A stretch of 64,000 nucleotides of DNA from an uncultured Candidatus Saccharibacteria bacterium (lineage in GTDB: Bacteria > Patescibacteriota > Saccharimonadia > Saccharimonadales > 2-12-FULL-41-12), in contig CAZYMH010000002.1 in NCBI GenBank assembly GCA_964648105.1, forward strand, positions 54,101 through 118,100, given 5' to 3'. Position numbers and translations under genes: made by a program. The notes under the pieces are model-generated. The model saw only the letters and a program-made list of their open reading frames with translations. It had not been told where the DNA came from and searched no databases. This document shows positions 36,082 to 45,525 of the stretch, piece after piece; position 1 is the stretch's first letter; the number at the start of each line of letters is the position of its first letter.

Positions 36082-36456
36082 ATGCCAATTATCAAATCTG
36101 CCAAAAAACGAGCCAAGACTGCCGTCAAAGCTACAGCTCGTAACTCAAAAACTAAACGTGGTCTAAAAACAGCCGTAAAAGCTTTACATGCAGCGGTTAA
36201 AGGTGGTAAAAAAACCGAGTCAGCCCTTAAGAAAGCTCAAAGTTCTATCGATAAGGCCGCCAAAAAGAACGTTATTCACAAGAACAAAGCCGCTCGCAAA
36301 AAAAGCCAAGTAGCTAAAGCCGCCAAAGCAGCCAGCAAATCTGCAAGCAAACCAGTTAGCAAAACTACTAAAAAAACTACAGTCAAAAAAGTTGTTGCCA
36401 AAAAATCTCCAGCTAAAAAAGTAGCTAGCAAAAAACCAGTTACCAAGAAAAAATAA
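36082..36456 (+). CDS. rpsT: 30S ribosomal protein S20 with Lys/Ala-rich C-terminal extension
   Basis: MPIIKSAKKRAKTAVKATARNSKTKRGLKTAVKAL is typical of S20. An AAAGGAAAG SD is present. Residues ~85-124 are K/A/S/T-rich (AKKSPAKKVASKKPVTKKK). Confidence 0.85.
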   Translation: MPIIKSAKKRAKTAVKATARNSKTKRGLKTAVKALHAAVKGGKKTESALKKAQSSIDKAAKKNVIHKNKAARKKSQVAKAAKAASKSASKPVSKTTKKTTVKKVVAKKSPAKKVASKKPVTKKK

Positions 36457-36502
36457 TTCATTTTAAATTTAGTCTAAACCTCGTTTACTTTGGGGTGTAG
36501 CC

Positions 36503-37444
36503 TTAAGTGTTTATTGCATTTTTATATGCATCTAAGCGAAGGATAAAATGCTTGATTGCCCTATCGATGTCAAAGGTTTGGTTTTTGGATTTGATATCGA
36601 TTTCGCAGGCCAAATTTAAGATCTCTTTGGCGTTCTGTAGACCGATTTTAGTTGCCAAAGATTGATTTTTGGAAATAACGTAATTATTAATGCCAGTTTG
36701 AGCAGCTATTTCGGCAGCAGATTTATTAGCTCCAGCCAAACAAACACAAATAATATGTAGTTGCCAAATAATCATGCCCATAATCGCTTGTGGTGCAACT
36801 TGTTGAGCTTTTTGGTCATCATAAATTTGCATGGCTTTATCAAGCTTGCCACTAAAAATACAGTCAATAAGATTGAAAATAGTACTATTTGGCGACTGTT
36901 CAGTTAAAAGATCGATATTATCTCTAGTAATTTGCTGGTCATAAACTACTAGTTTATCCAGTTCGTGAGCTAATTTCATTTGATTTTCGCCAATTCTTTC
37001 GCATAAATAGCGAGCATCTTGACTAGAAATATTACCATTTTTTTGTTTGGTATATTCGATAACCCAACTAGCTAGTTCATTAGCCACCACTACTTTATAT
37101 TCGATAAAATTTGGCTGTTTTTTGAGTGTTTTATAAGTACTACTGCGTTTATCGATATTTTTCTCTACCAAAATCAGCGTTGTAAGTTCATCTACTTGAC
37201 CTAACCAAGCCTCTAGATCTTGAGGCAAACTACTATTAGCTGATAATTCATCAATGATTATGAGTTTAGGTGACGAAAACAATGATACAGTACGTAGTGA
37301 ATTAGTTATTTGGGCAATATTTACCTCAGCTCCATCATAATTTTCTATCTGTAAATCACCATTATATGTTACGAATTTAGCTTTTAGCTCACTTAATTTC
37401 TGTTTGATTGCGTAGTGGTTGTTGCCAGACAATATATAAATCAT
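36503..37444 (-). CDS. holA: DNA polymerase III delta subunit
   Basis: HolA-like pattern (MIYILSGNNHYAIKQKL.., LIIIDE, ILVEKNIDKRSSTYKTLKK, and a helical C-terminal domain). I take the ATG at 37444, which forms a TAATG overlap with the mutM stop. The ORF-track start at 37471 is an alternative. Confidence 0.7.
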   Translation of the reverse strand: MIYILSGNNHYAIKQKLSELKAKFVTYNGDLQIENYDGAEVNIAQITNSLRTVSLFSSPKLIIIDELSANSSLPQDLEAWLGQVDELTTLILVEKNIDKRSSTYKTLKKQPNFIEYKVVVANELASWVIEYTKQKNGNISSQDARYLCERIGENQMKLAHELDKLVVYDQQITRDNIDLLTEQSPNSTIFNLIDCIFSGKLDKAMQIYDDQKAQQVAPQAIMGMIIWQLHIICVCLAGANKSAAEIAAQTGINNYVISKNQSLATKIGLQNAKEILNLACEIDIKSKNQTFDIDRAIKHFILRLDAYKNAINT

Positions 37445-38313
37445 TAATTTAACCTCTGACATTTTGGACAAATGTGAGTTCCGCGGGCGGCTACTCTAAT
37501 TTTATTAATAGTTGTTTGGCACCTCGGGCAAGGTAAATTTTCTTTACGAAAAACTCTAGCAAATAACAAATAACTGCCCCTTTTGCCCTCGGCATCAACA
37601 TAATTCTTGTCGGTCGAACCACCCTTTTCGATTGATAAATTTAAGATAAATTTTATCTCGGTGAATAACTTTTTTAATTTTGCTTCGGGTATGTCCTTGA
37701 CTAGTGTCAGCGGATGGATTTTTGCTCCCCAAAGTGATTCATCGGCATAAATATTGCCAATTCCTGCCAAAACCGTTTGATCTAGCAATGTGGCTTTTAT
37801 ATTGCTATTTTTTCGCCTCTGCAGCTGTTGCTTAAAAATTTGGTAAGTAAACTCGGATTCCAACGGCTCTGGCCCGACTTTTTTAAAAAAATCTAACTCA
37901 TTTATAAGTGGCGTGGCGATTAAACGCATCCAGCCAAATTTACGCTGGTCATTGAAAAATAATTTAGATTGATCACTAAAAGTTAAACTAACTCGGGTCG
38001 ATTTATCTGGTAACTCACCGATTAGCGAGCTGTTCGGATGTCCTGCCCCAAAAATTTGTTTGCCTCGATAAACTAATTGACCAGTCATTTTTAAATGAAT
38101 AACTAAACTATAATTTGTATCAAGCTCGATTATCAAAACTTTTGCCCGCCGCTTAACTGTAGTCACTTTTGCCTTAAGCAAAAACTTAGTCACTTCAGAA
38201 GTCGGATTAGGAAACGATTTCGGCCAATCAAACTTAACATCGGTAATTTGTTTACCAATAATTAACTTCTCTAAGCCACGCTTAACAGTCTCGACCTCTG
38301 GCAATTCTGGCAT
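37444..38313 (-). CDS. mutM: formamidopyrimidine-DNA glycosylase
   Basis: N-terminal MPELPEVETVKRGL, an H2TH region and a C-terminal zinc finger CPRC..18..CPKC. Confidence 0.9.
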   Translation of the reverse strand: MPELPEVETVKRGLEKLIIGKQITDVKFDWPKSFPNPTSEVTKFLLKAKVTTVKRRAKVLIIELDTNYSLVIHLKMTGQLVYRGKQIFGAGHPNSSLIGELPDKSTRVSLTFSDQSKLFFNDQRKFGWMRLIATPLINELDFFKKVGPEPLESEFTYQIFKQQLQRRKNSNIKATLLDQTVLAGIGNIYADESLWGAKIHPLTLVKDIPEAKLKKLFTEIKFILNLSIEKGGSTDKNYVDAEGKRGSYLLFARVFRKENLPCPRCQTTINKIRVAARGTHICPKCQRLN

Positions 38314-38351
38314 ACATTCATTATATCGCCATTTTGTCGCTTGAGCTGTTG

Positions 38352-38945
38352 TTAAAACTGAACTGAACGAGTCAGCTCGTTATAATTTGGCACTTGAGCT
38401 TGCATGATTTTGATAGCCATTTGTTCATCGCCACCAAAAGTACCATCAATTTTTGGACAATTTGTTGACCAAGTTTCATTTTTTGATCCATCGTCAAATT
38501 CGATAACATATTCGTACGTCCAATTGGTCGGACAAGCTGCTCGTTTGTCAGTTATACGACTGGTAATTTTGGCGTCATAGCCAATTGCTCTCAAGTTAGC
38601 CAACAGGTTATCAAAGCTTTCCTTGGTATTTTCGAAGACTTTAGTCGATTCTACTTGATCAGAATAAGTCTTGAGAATATCTAATTTTACTTCTTTAGCA
38701 TCAACTTCAATACGAATTCCACGACGTTCTTGGTCACTAACTAAACGACCGTGTGAGGTCAAAGTGACTTTTTTAGCAGACTCTAATTTTGAGGCTTTTT
38801 CGACTTTTATTTGTTCGGTAGTTTTTGGAGTATTATTAGAACTTTTTTTGGAACTACCACGGTTAAATAAGCCTACAGCAATCAAAACTATAGCTAACAA
38901 AACAACCGCAGTTATTAATAGTGTTAATAAATATTTCCTCGGCAT
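38352..38945 (-). CDS. hypothetical membrane-anchored protein (197 aa)
   Basis: N-terminal TM helix LLTLLITAVVLLAIVLIAVGLF followed by an extracytoplasmic domain with two Cys. I recognise no family. Confidence 0.5.
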   Translation of the reverse strand: MPRKYLLTLLITAVVLLAIVLIAVGLFNRGSSKKSSNNTPKTTEQIKVEKASKLESAKKVTLTSHGRLVSDQERRGIRIEVDAKEVKLDILKTYSDQVESTKVFENTKESFDNLLANLRAIGYDAKITSRITDKRAACPTNWTYEYVIEFDDGSKNETWSTNCPKIDGTFGGDEQMAIKIMQAQVPNYNELTRSVQF

Positions 38946-39008
38946 AGTATAGGTATTATACTACAAAAAGTATATAAATGCAAGTAGCGGGTTAGTTGCC
39001 GACTTCCC

Positions 39009-39017
39009 TGTTATAAT
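39009..39017 (+). promoter_or_regulatory. extended -10 promoter (leaderless spacing) for the 79-aa gene
   Basis: TGtTATAAT ends 7 nt before the ATG at 39025, and no SD is present. Confidence 0.45.
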
Positions 39018-39024
39018 AAACATT

Positions 39025-39264
39025 ATGACAGAATCTTTAGGTGATTTGCTAGCTAATTCACGCTTCTCTGAACCGCCAGAAATCCAAAAAATTAAAAAAT
39101 TTGTCCTTGAGCATATCGATCAAACTCCCAAAGTACGCATAAGCGGACAAAATTTTATTATATATATCGAAGGTGCCTCGGCGGCCAACGCTCTAAGGTT
39201 TCAAATTTTTCGTTTGCAAAGAAGTTTTGGCAATACTCATAAATTAATTATTAAGATTGTTTGA
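39025..39264 (+). CDS. small hypothetical protein, possibly DUF721/DciA-like
   Basis: 79 aa. The pattern ...PKVRISGQNFIIYIEGASAANALRFQIFRLQRSF loosely resembles DUF721 (L.v.v.s.a.a.eL). The call is weak. Confidence 0.3.
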   Translation: MTESLGDLLANSRFSEPPEIQKIKKFVLEHIDQTPKVRISGQNFIIYIEGASAANALRFQIFRLQRSFGNTHKLIIKIV

Positions 39265-39823
39265 TTATTTTATCGAGTTCAGCTATAAAATCTTCAAAAT
39301 TTGTATAGTGAACACTATACATTCCTAAACTTTCAGCGGACGAACAAAAATTTAATTTATCATCGACAAAAACTGCTTGACTAGAGTCTACCGCAAGTTT
39401 TTGGCAAGCAAATTGATAGATCCGTTGATCTGGTTTTGTGATACCCAACTGATAACTGCAGATAATTTCGTCAAATAATTTTTGCTCTTTCTCGTCTAAG
39501 AAAACCCTAGTTATCCAATCGTCATTAATGTTACTTAAAATTGCAATTTTATAGTTTTGGTTTTTTAACTTTTTAATGTGTTCAAATAATTGGGAGTTTT
39601 TGGAATTGCCTGGTTGAATTGCGTATCTGATTTTTTGTTCATCTTGGTTTGTTAACTCAACAATTTGGTGAACAAGCTGATCTTGACTCAAAATACCCGC
39701 ATCGTAGGCACTGACGATCGAGCTGGCTTCTCGACTTAAATTAGGTGCTAAAGATGACGAAAAGTCTCCCCACCTATCGATTGTTAACACCCCAAAACAA
39801 TCAAAAATTATAGCTTTTATCAT
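39251..39823 (-). CDS. HAD-superfamily hydrolase
   Basis: Motif I IIFDCFGVL, motif III K, and a motif IV-like FVDDKLNF. Confidence 0.7.
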   Translation of the reverse strand: MIKAIIFDCFGVLTIDRWGDFSSSLAPNLSREASSIVSAYDAGILSQDQLVHQIVELTNQDEQKIRYAIQPGNSKNSQLFEHIKKLKNQNYKIAILSNINDDWITRVFLDEKEQKLFDEIICSYQLGITKPDQRIYQFACQKLAVDSSQAVFVDDKLNFCSSAESLGMYSVHYTNFEDFIAELDKIIKQS

Positions 39824-39826
39824 AGC

Positions 39827-40111
39827 TTAGTTACAGATGTCGGTATTCTTTTTGAAATAATCTGCCAAACTACCTGTTCCTTCACAAGCTTTTTTCTGAA
39901 GATTAAGCGAATCAGTAGTTGAATTTTTGATATTGTCGATACGTTTATTGGTGTCATGAACAAAACTCATCACTTGCCACAATATATAAATCATGACAAT
40001 AATTCCGATAATAACAATCGAGCCAAATAAGCTAATCCAAAAATTAATAATTCTCATTTGTCTGAGCAATTGTTTTTGTACTTTTTCGTTAGTTAGACCT
40101 TCTTGATTCAT
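39827..40111 (-). CDS. small membrane protein (94 aa, hypothetical)
   Basis: One long TM helix FWISLFGSIVIIGIIVMIYILW and an AAGGAG SD. Confidence 0.5.
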   Translation of the reverse strand: MNQEGLTNEKVQKQLLRQMRIINFWISLFGSIVIIGIIVMIYILWQVMSFVHDTNKRIDNIKNSTTDSLNLQKKACEGTGSLADYFKKNTDICN

Positions 40112-40194
40112 TTTTGACTCCTTGTCTAAAGTTTATCATTAATTCGATTTTACTCCTTAAAATATAGCTTTTTTTGCATCTGCTAGCAGTTATC

Positions 40195-42834
40195 CTACAA
40201 CTCTCCCCAATTTGGAGCAGTTGCAACGTCAACTTTCAATTTGACAGGTAATTTATAGACTTTTTCCATGGTTTGTTTTAGGATTTGGCTAATATGTGCG
40301 GCTTTCGATTTTGGGCATTCAATCAAAATGCTGTCGTGAATTTGTAATAACATTTGACAGTCATCATCTAATTTTTCGGCGACTTTGATCATAGCTAGTT
40401 TGGTAAGATCAGCTGCTGTTCCCTGCACTGGCATATTTACTGCGGCCCTAAAAGCGGCTTCCCGAAGAGCAAAATTAGAATTTTTGACATCTGGTGAAGG
40501 CCGTTTGCGACCAAGTAAAGTCTGAACGTAACCTAAGTCTTCGGCTTGCTTACGAGTTTTGGTGATATATTCTTTTAATTTTGGACGAACCTCAAAGTAA
40601 CGATCTATAAAAAATTTGGCATCTTGAAAACTCATGCCTGTACCCTCGGCCAAACCATGTGGCCCTTGACCATATAATATACCAAAATTGACGGCCTTGG
40701 CCTCGTACCTCTGTTGCTTAGTGACCTCTTCGGGTTTAATTCTCAATATTTCGGCAGCAGTTTGGCGATGAATATCAATATCTTGGTTAAAGTTATCGAT
40801 CATTTCTTGATCCTCGGCTAGCACAGCCGCCAATCTAAGTTCGAACTGGCTATAATCAGCACTGACTAGCACTTTACCTTTATCAGCTACAAAAGCTTCG
40901 CGAACTCGATTGCCTAGCTCGGTACGGACTGGGATATTCTGTAAATTCGGATCTAAGCTACTTAGCCGCCCAGTTTGAGCAGTCGTCATGTTAAAGGTAG
41001 TGTGGATACGAGAATTTTCGTCGACCATTTTTGGCAAAGTATCAACATAGGTGTTTTTTAGCTTAGTAACCTCTCTGAATTGGCTTATGCAGTCTATGAT
41101 TGGGTGTAAGTGCCTAAGTTTTGCTAGCTCGTTTGCCGCCGTCGAATACCCAGTTTTGCCTTTTTTGACAAACGTAGTTGGCAGATCAAGTTTATTAAAT
41201 AACACATCTGCCAGCTGCATTGGTGAAGCAATATTAAATTCGGTATTAGCGTAGCCATAAATTGTTTGCTCAAGGTCAGAAATGGTGTCCTCAAGTTGAG
41301 TTTCGAGATTTTTTAGGACTTCTACGTTCAGCTTTATGCCATAATATTCCATTTGAGCCAAAACTGGAATAAGAGGAAATTCGACCTTGTCGGCCAGCTG
41401 AATCATATCTGTTAATTCACTCATTTGCTCAGCTTGGAATTTATAAAGCCCATGAATAACCGACATAATCTCAGGACTCCGCTCCAAAAATTCATCTGGC
41501 GACAAGTTATCGAGTTCAACGCCATCATAACCCAAATCAGTCCGAGCTAAATCAGTTAAGGTTTGCTCCCGACGAACAGAATTAAGTAAAAATGCTCCCA
41601 CCTGCACGTCATGTTCAACATTTTTTACTTCAATACCGATTTCGAGTAAAACTTTTAGAGTTGATTTGATATCGTAGCCAATTTTTTTAACTTTTTTATC
41701 TTCGAGAATGTTTTTTAGTCTGTTTTTTTGCAAAGTGCTAGAAATTTTTTGGAGATCAAAGGCATAATTTTGCTTAATATCAGGAGAAATAACTAAATAC
41801 AAACCACCTTTGCCATGTTTGGCAGTTGCATAACTATTGATAATAACTTCCTGCCAATTAGCTGATTTTAGTCGATCAAGTTTTTCGGTGGTGTCAATTA
41901 GCTCCAACTTACCTAACTCTAAATCGAAGTTTTGGCCAGCCTGCAAACTATTAGTCTCGTCCATATCTAAAATTTCAGGTAATTGCCTGACAAGCGAGCG
42001 AAATTCTAGTTTTTTGAGTACATTCATTACCTTAGCGACATCATAATCTTTGACATCTTTGGCTTTTAGATCGAGTTCCACTGGAGCATCAAGCCAAATT
42101 TCGGCCAGTTGTTTGCTCATATAAGCCGATTCTTTGCCCTCAACTAGCTTTTTGTGGACCGATCCACTAACTAATTCGATATTTTCATAAATTCCATCTA
42201 GAGTTTCAAAATCTTGTAATAATTTAACACCGCCTTTTTCACCAATACCTGGAACCCCAGGTATATTATCTGAGCTATCGCCCTTTAAAGCCTTAAGGTC
42301 AATAAATTGGTCAGGTCGAATTCCGTACTTGGCGACAAAACTTTCGGGGTGATATTCTTCAATATTGCTCAAACCTTTTTTGAGTGCATAAACTTTTACC
42401 TTTTGGTTGACCAACTGTAGCATATCAAGATCTGATGTAACCAAAATTGTCTCAATATCTTGTTCACTAGCCTTAACTGCAAGTGTACCCATAATATCGT
42501 CAGCCTCATAATCGTCGCATTCATACAGCGGCCAACTAAATGCTTCGAGTAGCTCATGCAACATCGGTATTTGAGCATAAAAATCATCAGGTGCGGCCTT
42601 GCGACCAGCTTTGTAGTCGGCATAAATTGCTAGTCGCTTACGAATATTAGTCTTGGGTTTGTCCCACGCTACACAGACGTAGTCTGGCTTTAAACGCTTG
42701 ATTACTTCGAGTGCCATGACTGCAAATCCGTAGACACCGCCAGTTGGTGTGCCATCTTGAGTAGATAAACCTGGCATGGCATAATATCCTCGATAAAATA
42801 CACTTTTACCATCAATCACCACAAGTCGCTTCAT
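40195..42834 (-). CDS. polA: DNA polymerase I
   Basis: A 5'-nuclease domain (VIDGKSVFYRGYYA), a 3'-5' exonuclease-like middle region, and polymerase motifs DYSQFELRLAA, RYEAKAVNFGILYG and QIHDS. Confidence 0.95.
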   Translation of the reverse strand: MKRLVVIDGKSVFYRGYYAMPGLSTQDGTPTGGVYGFAVMALEVIKRLKPDYVCVAWDKPKTNIRKRLAIYADYKAGRKAAPDDFYAQIPMLHELLEAFSWPLYECDDYEADDIMGTLAVKASEQDIETILVTSDLDMLQLVNQKVKVYALKKGLSNIEEYHPESFVAKYGIRPDQFIDLKALKGDSSDNIPGVPGIGEKGGVKLLQDFETLDGIYENIELVSGSVHKKLVEGKESAYMSKQLAEIWLDAPVELDLKAKDVKDYDVAKVMNVLKKLEFRSLVRQLPEILDMDETNSLQAGQNFDLELGKLELIDTTEKLDRLKSANWQEVIINSYATAKHGKGGLYLVISPDIKQNYAFDLQKISSTLQKNRLKNILEDKKVKKIGYDIKSTLKVLLEIGIEVKNVEHDVQVGAFLLNSVRREQTLTDLARTDLGYDGVELDNLSPDEFLERSPEIMSVIHGLYKFQAEQMSELTDMIQLADKVEFPLIPVLAQMEYYGIKLNVEVLKNLETQLEDTISDLEQTIYGYANTEFNIASPMQLADVLFNKLDLPTTFVKKGKTGYSTAANELAKLRHLHPIIDCISQFREVTKLKNTYVDTLPKMVDENSRIHTTFNMTTAQTGRLSSLDPNLQNIPVRTELGNRVREAFVADKGKVLVSADYSQFELRLAAVLAEDQEMIDNFNQDIDIHRQTAAEILRIKPEEVTKQQRYEAKAVNFGILYGQGPHGLAEGTGMSFQDAKFFIDRYFEVRPKLKEYITKTRKQAEDLGYVQTLLGRKRPSPDVKNSNFALREAAFRAAVNMPVQGTAADLTKLAMIKVAEKLDDDCQMLLQIHDSILIECPKSKAAHISQILKQTMEKVYKLPVKLKVDVATAPNWGEL

Positions 42835-42860
42835 ACCTTATCAGTATAACACCTTATCTT

Positions 42861-43925
42861 CTAGGCTTGTCTGGTAAGAATTTGATCTGTTAAACCAGCC
42901 AAAAAATTAATGTCTGTTTTGGACCAAACTTTTTCAAGCTGACTAAGCGATTTTAGAGCCTGGTCATGCTCAGTTTGAGCTAATTTTTTAGCATATTTTA
43001 GCCCACCACTCTTGATAATAAGCTCTTGAGCCTGTTGAAACTCTTTGAGGGTAATATTCAACTTACCCAGAAGTTTCAAAAATCTTGTTCTATCGCTAGT
43101 GATTAGATTTTGGGCGGTGTAGACACTAAGCAAAGTCGCTTTGCCCTCCTTAATATCATCAATATTACTTTTGCCAGTCTGCCTGTCGCCGAATACGCCA
43201 ATAATATCGTCGGATATCTGGAATAATTTGCCAAGGTGGCTCGAAAAATCCGACAATAAATCTGTTTGATTAGCTTTACCCGCCAAAATCATGCCGATTG
43301 CAAGTGGGCAATAGATTGTGTAGTGAGCTGTTTTTAACTCATAAACAGCCAAAACATCCTTCTCGGTAGCTGCTGAATTATTTTGGTTGGTGATATCTAA
43401 TGTTTGACCATGCGAAGTGGCAACCATAACAGAATTTAATTGCTTTAGTGCAGCTAACAAATTTTTCGAATCAAAATTTTGTTCACTCAAAATTCGATTG
43501 GCTTCGTGAGAGCCTACTAAAGCAGCATTAAGAGCGAGTGACATGCCAATATGAGCTTTATCACTAACCTTGTTAGTATTATTAATTTGCTCAAAGGCTT
43601 TATGAAGTGTTGGTCCGCCCCGTCTTATTTGACTGAGGTCCTGGATATCATCGATGACTAAAATATAGGCATGCATTAATTCAACAGCCAAGGCAACATT
43701 TATAATGGCTTTTTTATTTTTACCACCACTCGCATAGTAACTAAAAATTACCAAACTACCTCTGATACGCTTGCCACCGCGACTAATAAATTTACAAAAT
43801 TCCCTAGCGACTACAGTGGCTTCATCGCTATAATTTTTGTTGGTGTTTTTGATTAGTTGTTGGCAATAATCGTCTACAGCTTGGTCGACTAATCTTTTAT
43901 AGTCTGCTAAGGATTTGGCCTGCAT
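42861..43925 (-). CDS. trans-polyprenyl diphosphate synthase
   Basis: FARM motif LVIDDIQD..RRG and second motif FQISDDIIGVFGD (DDxxG rather than DDxxD), followed by GKSNIDDIKEGKATLL. Confidence 0.8.
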   Translation of the reverse strand: MQAKSLADYKRLVDQAVDDYCQQLIKNTNKNYSDEATVVAREFCKFISRGGKRIRGSLVIFSYYASGGKNKKAIINVALAVELMHAYILVIDDIQDLSQIRRGGPTLHKAFEQINNTNKVSDKAHIGMSLALNAALVGSHEANRILSEQNFDSKNLLAALKQLNSVMVATSHGQTLDITNQNNSAATEKDVLAVYELKTAHYTIYCPLAIGMILAGKANQTDLLSDFSSHLGKLFQISDDIIGVFGDRQTGKSNIDDIKEGKATLLSVYTAQNLITSDRTRFLKLLGKLNITLKEFQQAQELIIKSGGLKYAKKLAQTEHDQALKSLSQLEKVWSKTDINFLAGLTDQILTRQA

Positions 43926-43930
43926 AAATT

Positions 43931-44518
43931 TTACAAAATACCAGCTGTTTTAAGTGCATGTTCGCTGGCCTGTAAAAAATCCTCAATATTGTCATAGTTG
44001 TTGTCGATTATTACATCGGCCGACTGTTTCATGGCGATTAAATTTTGGATCGATTTATCGTTGGGGTCAACATCTATTTCACTCCGTTCAGAGGCCATAA
44101 ATTCATCAAAAGTTTTATTATCACCTGAGTCGCGCATGCGAGCGATTGACCTCTGATATCGAAGATTTGGGTTGGCATCAACGAAGATTATTTTGCCGCC
44201 TAATTTGTGTACTGCTTCGGCCTCGCCAATAGCACGAATGGCACTGGCAATACAGCCAGCTGGATATTTAGTTTTAGAGGCTTGCCATTCTTCATAAACA
44301 CTATCGACCAAAAAACCTGGGCCACGCTCATCTCTTAGTTTATTAATATATGGGTCATTTCGGACTAGCAAAGCTTCAGGTCCATTGCCAAATTCACTTT
44401 TTTTCATCTCCCGAATCATATCAGAGGTAGAAATATGCAAAAAACCATACTTTTCGGACAATAAATTGCCCAAGCTATCTTTACCTGCATTTAACGTCCC
44501 AGCCAAACCAATTATCAT
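43931..44518 (-). CDS. P-loop nucleoside/nucleotide kinase-like protein
   Basis: N-terminal MIIGLAGTLNAGKDSLGNLL is a GxxxxGKD(S/T) P-loop, as in dNMP-kinase/CoaE-like small kinases. The size of 195 aa fits. Confidence 0.45.
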   Translation of the reverse strand: MIIGLAGTLNAGKDSLGNLLSEKYGFLHISTSDMIREMKKSEFGNGPEALLVRNDPYINKLRDERGPGFLVDSVYEEWQASKTKYPAGCIASAIRAIGEAEAVHKLGGKIIFVDANPNLRYQRSIARMRDSGDNKTFDEFMASERSEIDVDPNDKSIQNLIAMKQSADVIIDNNYDNIEDFLQASEHALKTAGIL

Positions 44519-44559
44519 ATGTTTATTATAATCTTTTTAATAACTAAACAGAAAAATTA

Positions 44560-45483
44560 TTAATCTTGTTCGTAGCCTTGAAATTCCGGAAACTGCCTAA
44601 TTTTTTGTTTGGCAAGAGCTAATATTTGGCTTACTTTGTCTCGATGAATTTTTAATCTTTTTGCAATTGATCTAATATTTATTGGCTCTTCTTCGCCTAA
44701 ACCATAGTTCATTACCACAATTCGTCTTTCTAAATTGGATAAGCTGTTTAGAGCATTGTTTAAAATTCGACTACTGTCTTTGGCCTGAACTACTTCATGA
44801 ATATCTTCACCATCATCGAGTAAAACGTTTGCCAAAGTAGCTGACTCCTCGGAATCACCCAACGGTTTATCAAGCGAGGCGATAGTTAAACTTTCTCTTA
44901 TGCGTCGATATTCGCCCGGTTTTAGTCCAATGAATTTTTCTAGATCTTGATCAGTTAACTCCCTGCCAAGCTCCTGAGTTAAAATAGGTATGTATTTTAG
45001 GCAGGCTCTATATGACTCCATAAGGTGTACTGGAATTCTAATAGTTGATCCTGTATTATCTCTTGCTCTAGTAATATCGTGACTAATTTGAGCTTTGGCT
45101 AGAGTAATTACTTTGGCTTTTCGATGATGATGCGGATCAAAGCGATCAACAGCTTTTATTAAACCAATCAAAGCCTCGGAAGCTCTATCTTCTTTTTCTA
45201 AATTTTGATCTCTTTTTTTGTAAGCGGCAGACAAAGCGAAACGGGCATTTCTTAAAATAAGTTGTTCTCTGGCAGCAGCGTCGCCGTTAACCTTGGCAAT
45301 GGCCAGTTGCCTTTCCTGACTTCGTGACAAAACTACAGTCCCAATTTGCCGGACTAAAACATCTACCGACGATTCTCCGACCTCTATAGGTTCTCTTGAG
45401 GATTTTTTTCTGGCAAATGGAATTATCGGGTACTGAGAAGTATTAATCTCTACATTGATTGCTGGAGGAAAAGATTCTGGCAT
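44560..45483 (-). CDS. divergent sigma-70 family paralog
   Basis: Colinear with the rpoD regions 2-4 encoded just upstream (LIGLIKAVDRFDP, TIRIPVH, LTQELGRELT, and a region-4 HTH RSIAKRLKIHRDKVSQI). Region 2.3/2.4 reads VITLAKAQISHDITRA. Confidence 0.7.
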   Translation of the reverse strand: MPESFPPAINVEINTSQYPIIPFARKKSSREPIEVGESSVDVLVRQIGTVVLSRSQERQLAIAKVNGDAAAREQLILRNARFALSAAYKKRDQNLEKEDRASEALIGLIKAVDRFDPHHHRKAKVITLAKAQISHDITRARDNTGSTIRIPVHLMESYRACLKYIPILTQELGRELTDQDLEKFIGLKPGEYRRIRESLTIASLDKPLGDSEESATLANVLLDDGEDIHEVVQAKDSSRILNNALNSLSNLERRIVVMNYGLGEEEPINIRSIAKRLKIHRDKVSQILALAKQKIRQFPEFQGYEQD

Positions 45484-45525
45484 ACTAAAAATATACCTTA
45501 ATTTAGTTGGCTAACCATGAGCATA

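Noticed and set aside
34792-36461. ORFs antisense to the Pro/Glu-rich tail of the DHH-like gene (34792..35127+) and to the Lys-rich tail of rpsT (36276..36461-)
   Set aside because: Low-complexity coding repeats generate open mirror frames (F/W/G-rich and L/A/F-rich). They are not credible proteins.
40112-40194. Self-complementary CTGCTAGCAG and a 16-codon ORF with an AAGGAG SD in the polA-downstream spacer
   Set aside because: The palindrome has no loop and no U-tract. The mini-ORF is out of frame with the 94-aa gene and overlaps its start. The evidence is insufficient.
42861-43925. Second Asp-rich motif of the polyprenyl synthase reads DDIIG rather than DDxxD
   Set aside because: This is a single-position deviation. 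The first two Asp residues, which carry most of the metal binding, are present. I cannot judge its significance without a family alignment.
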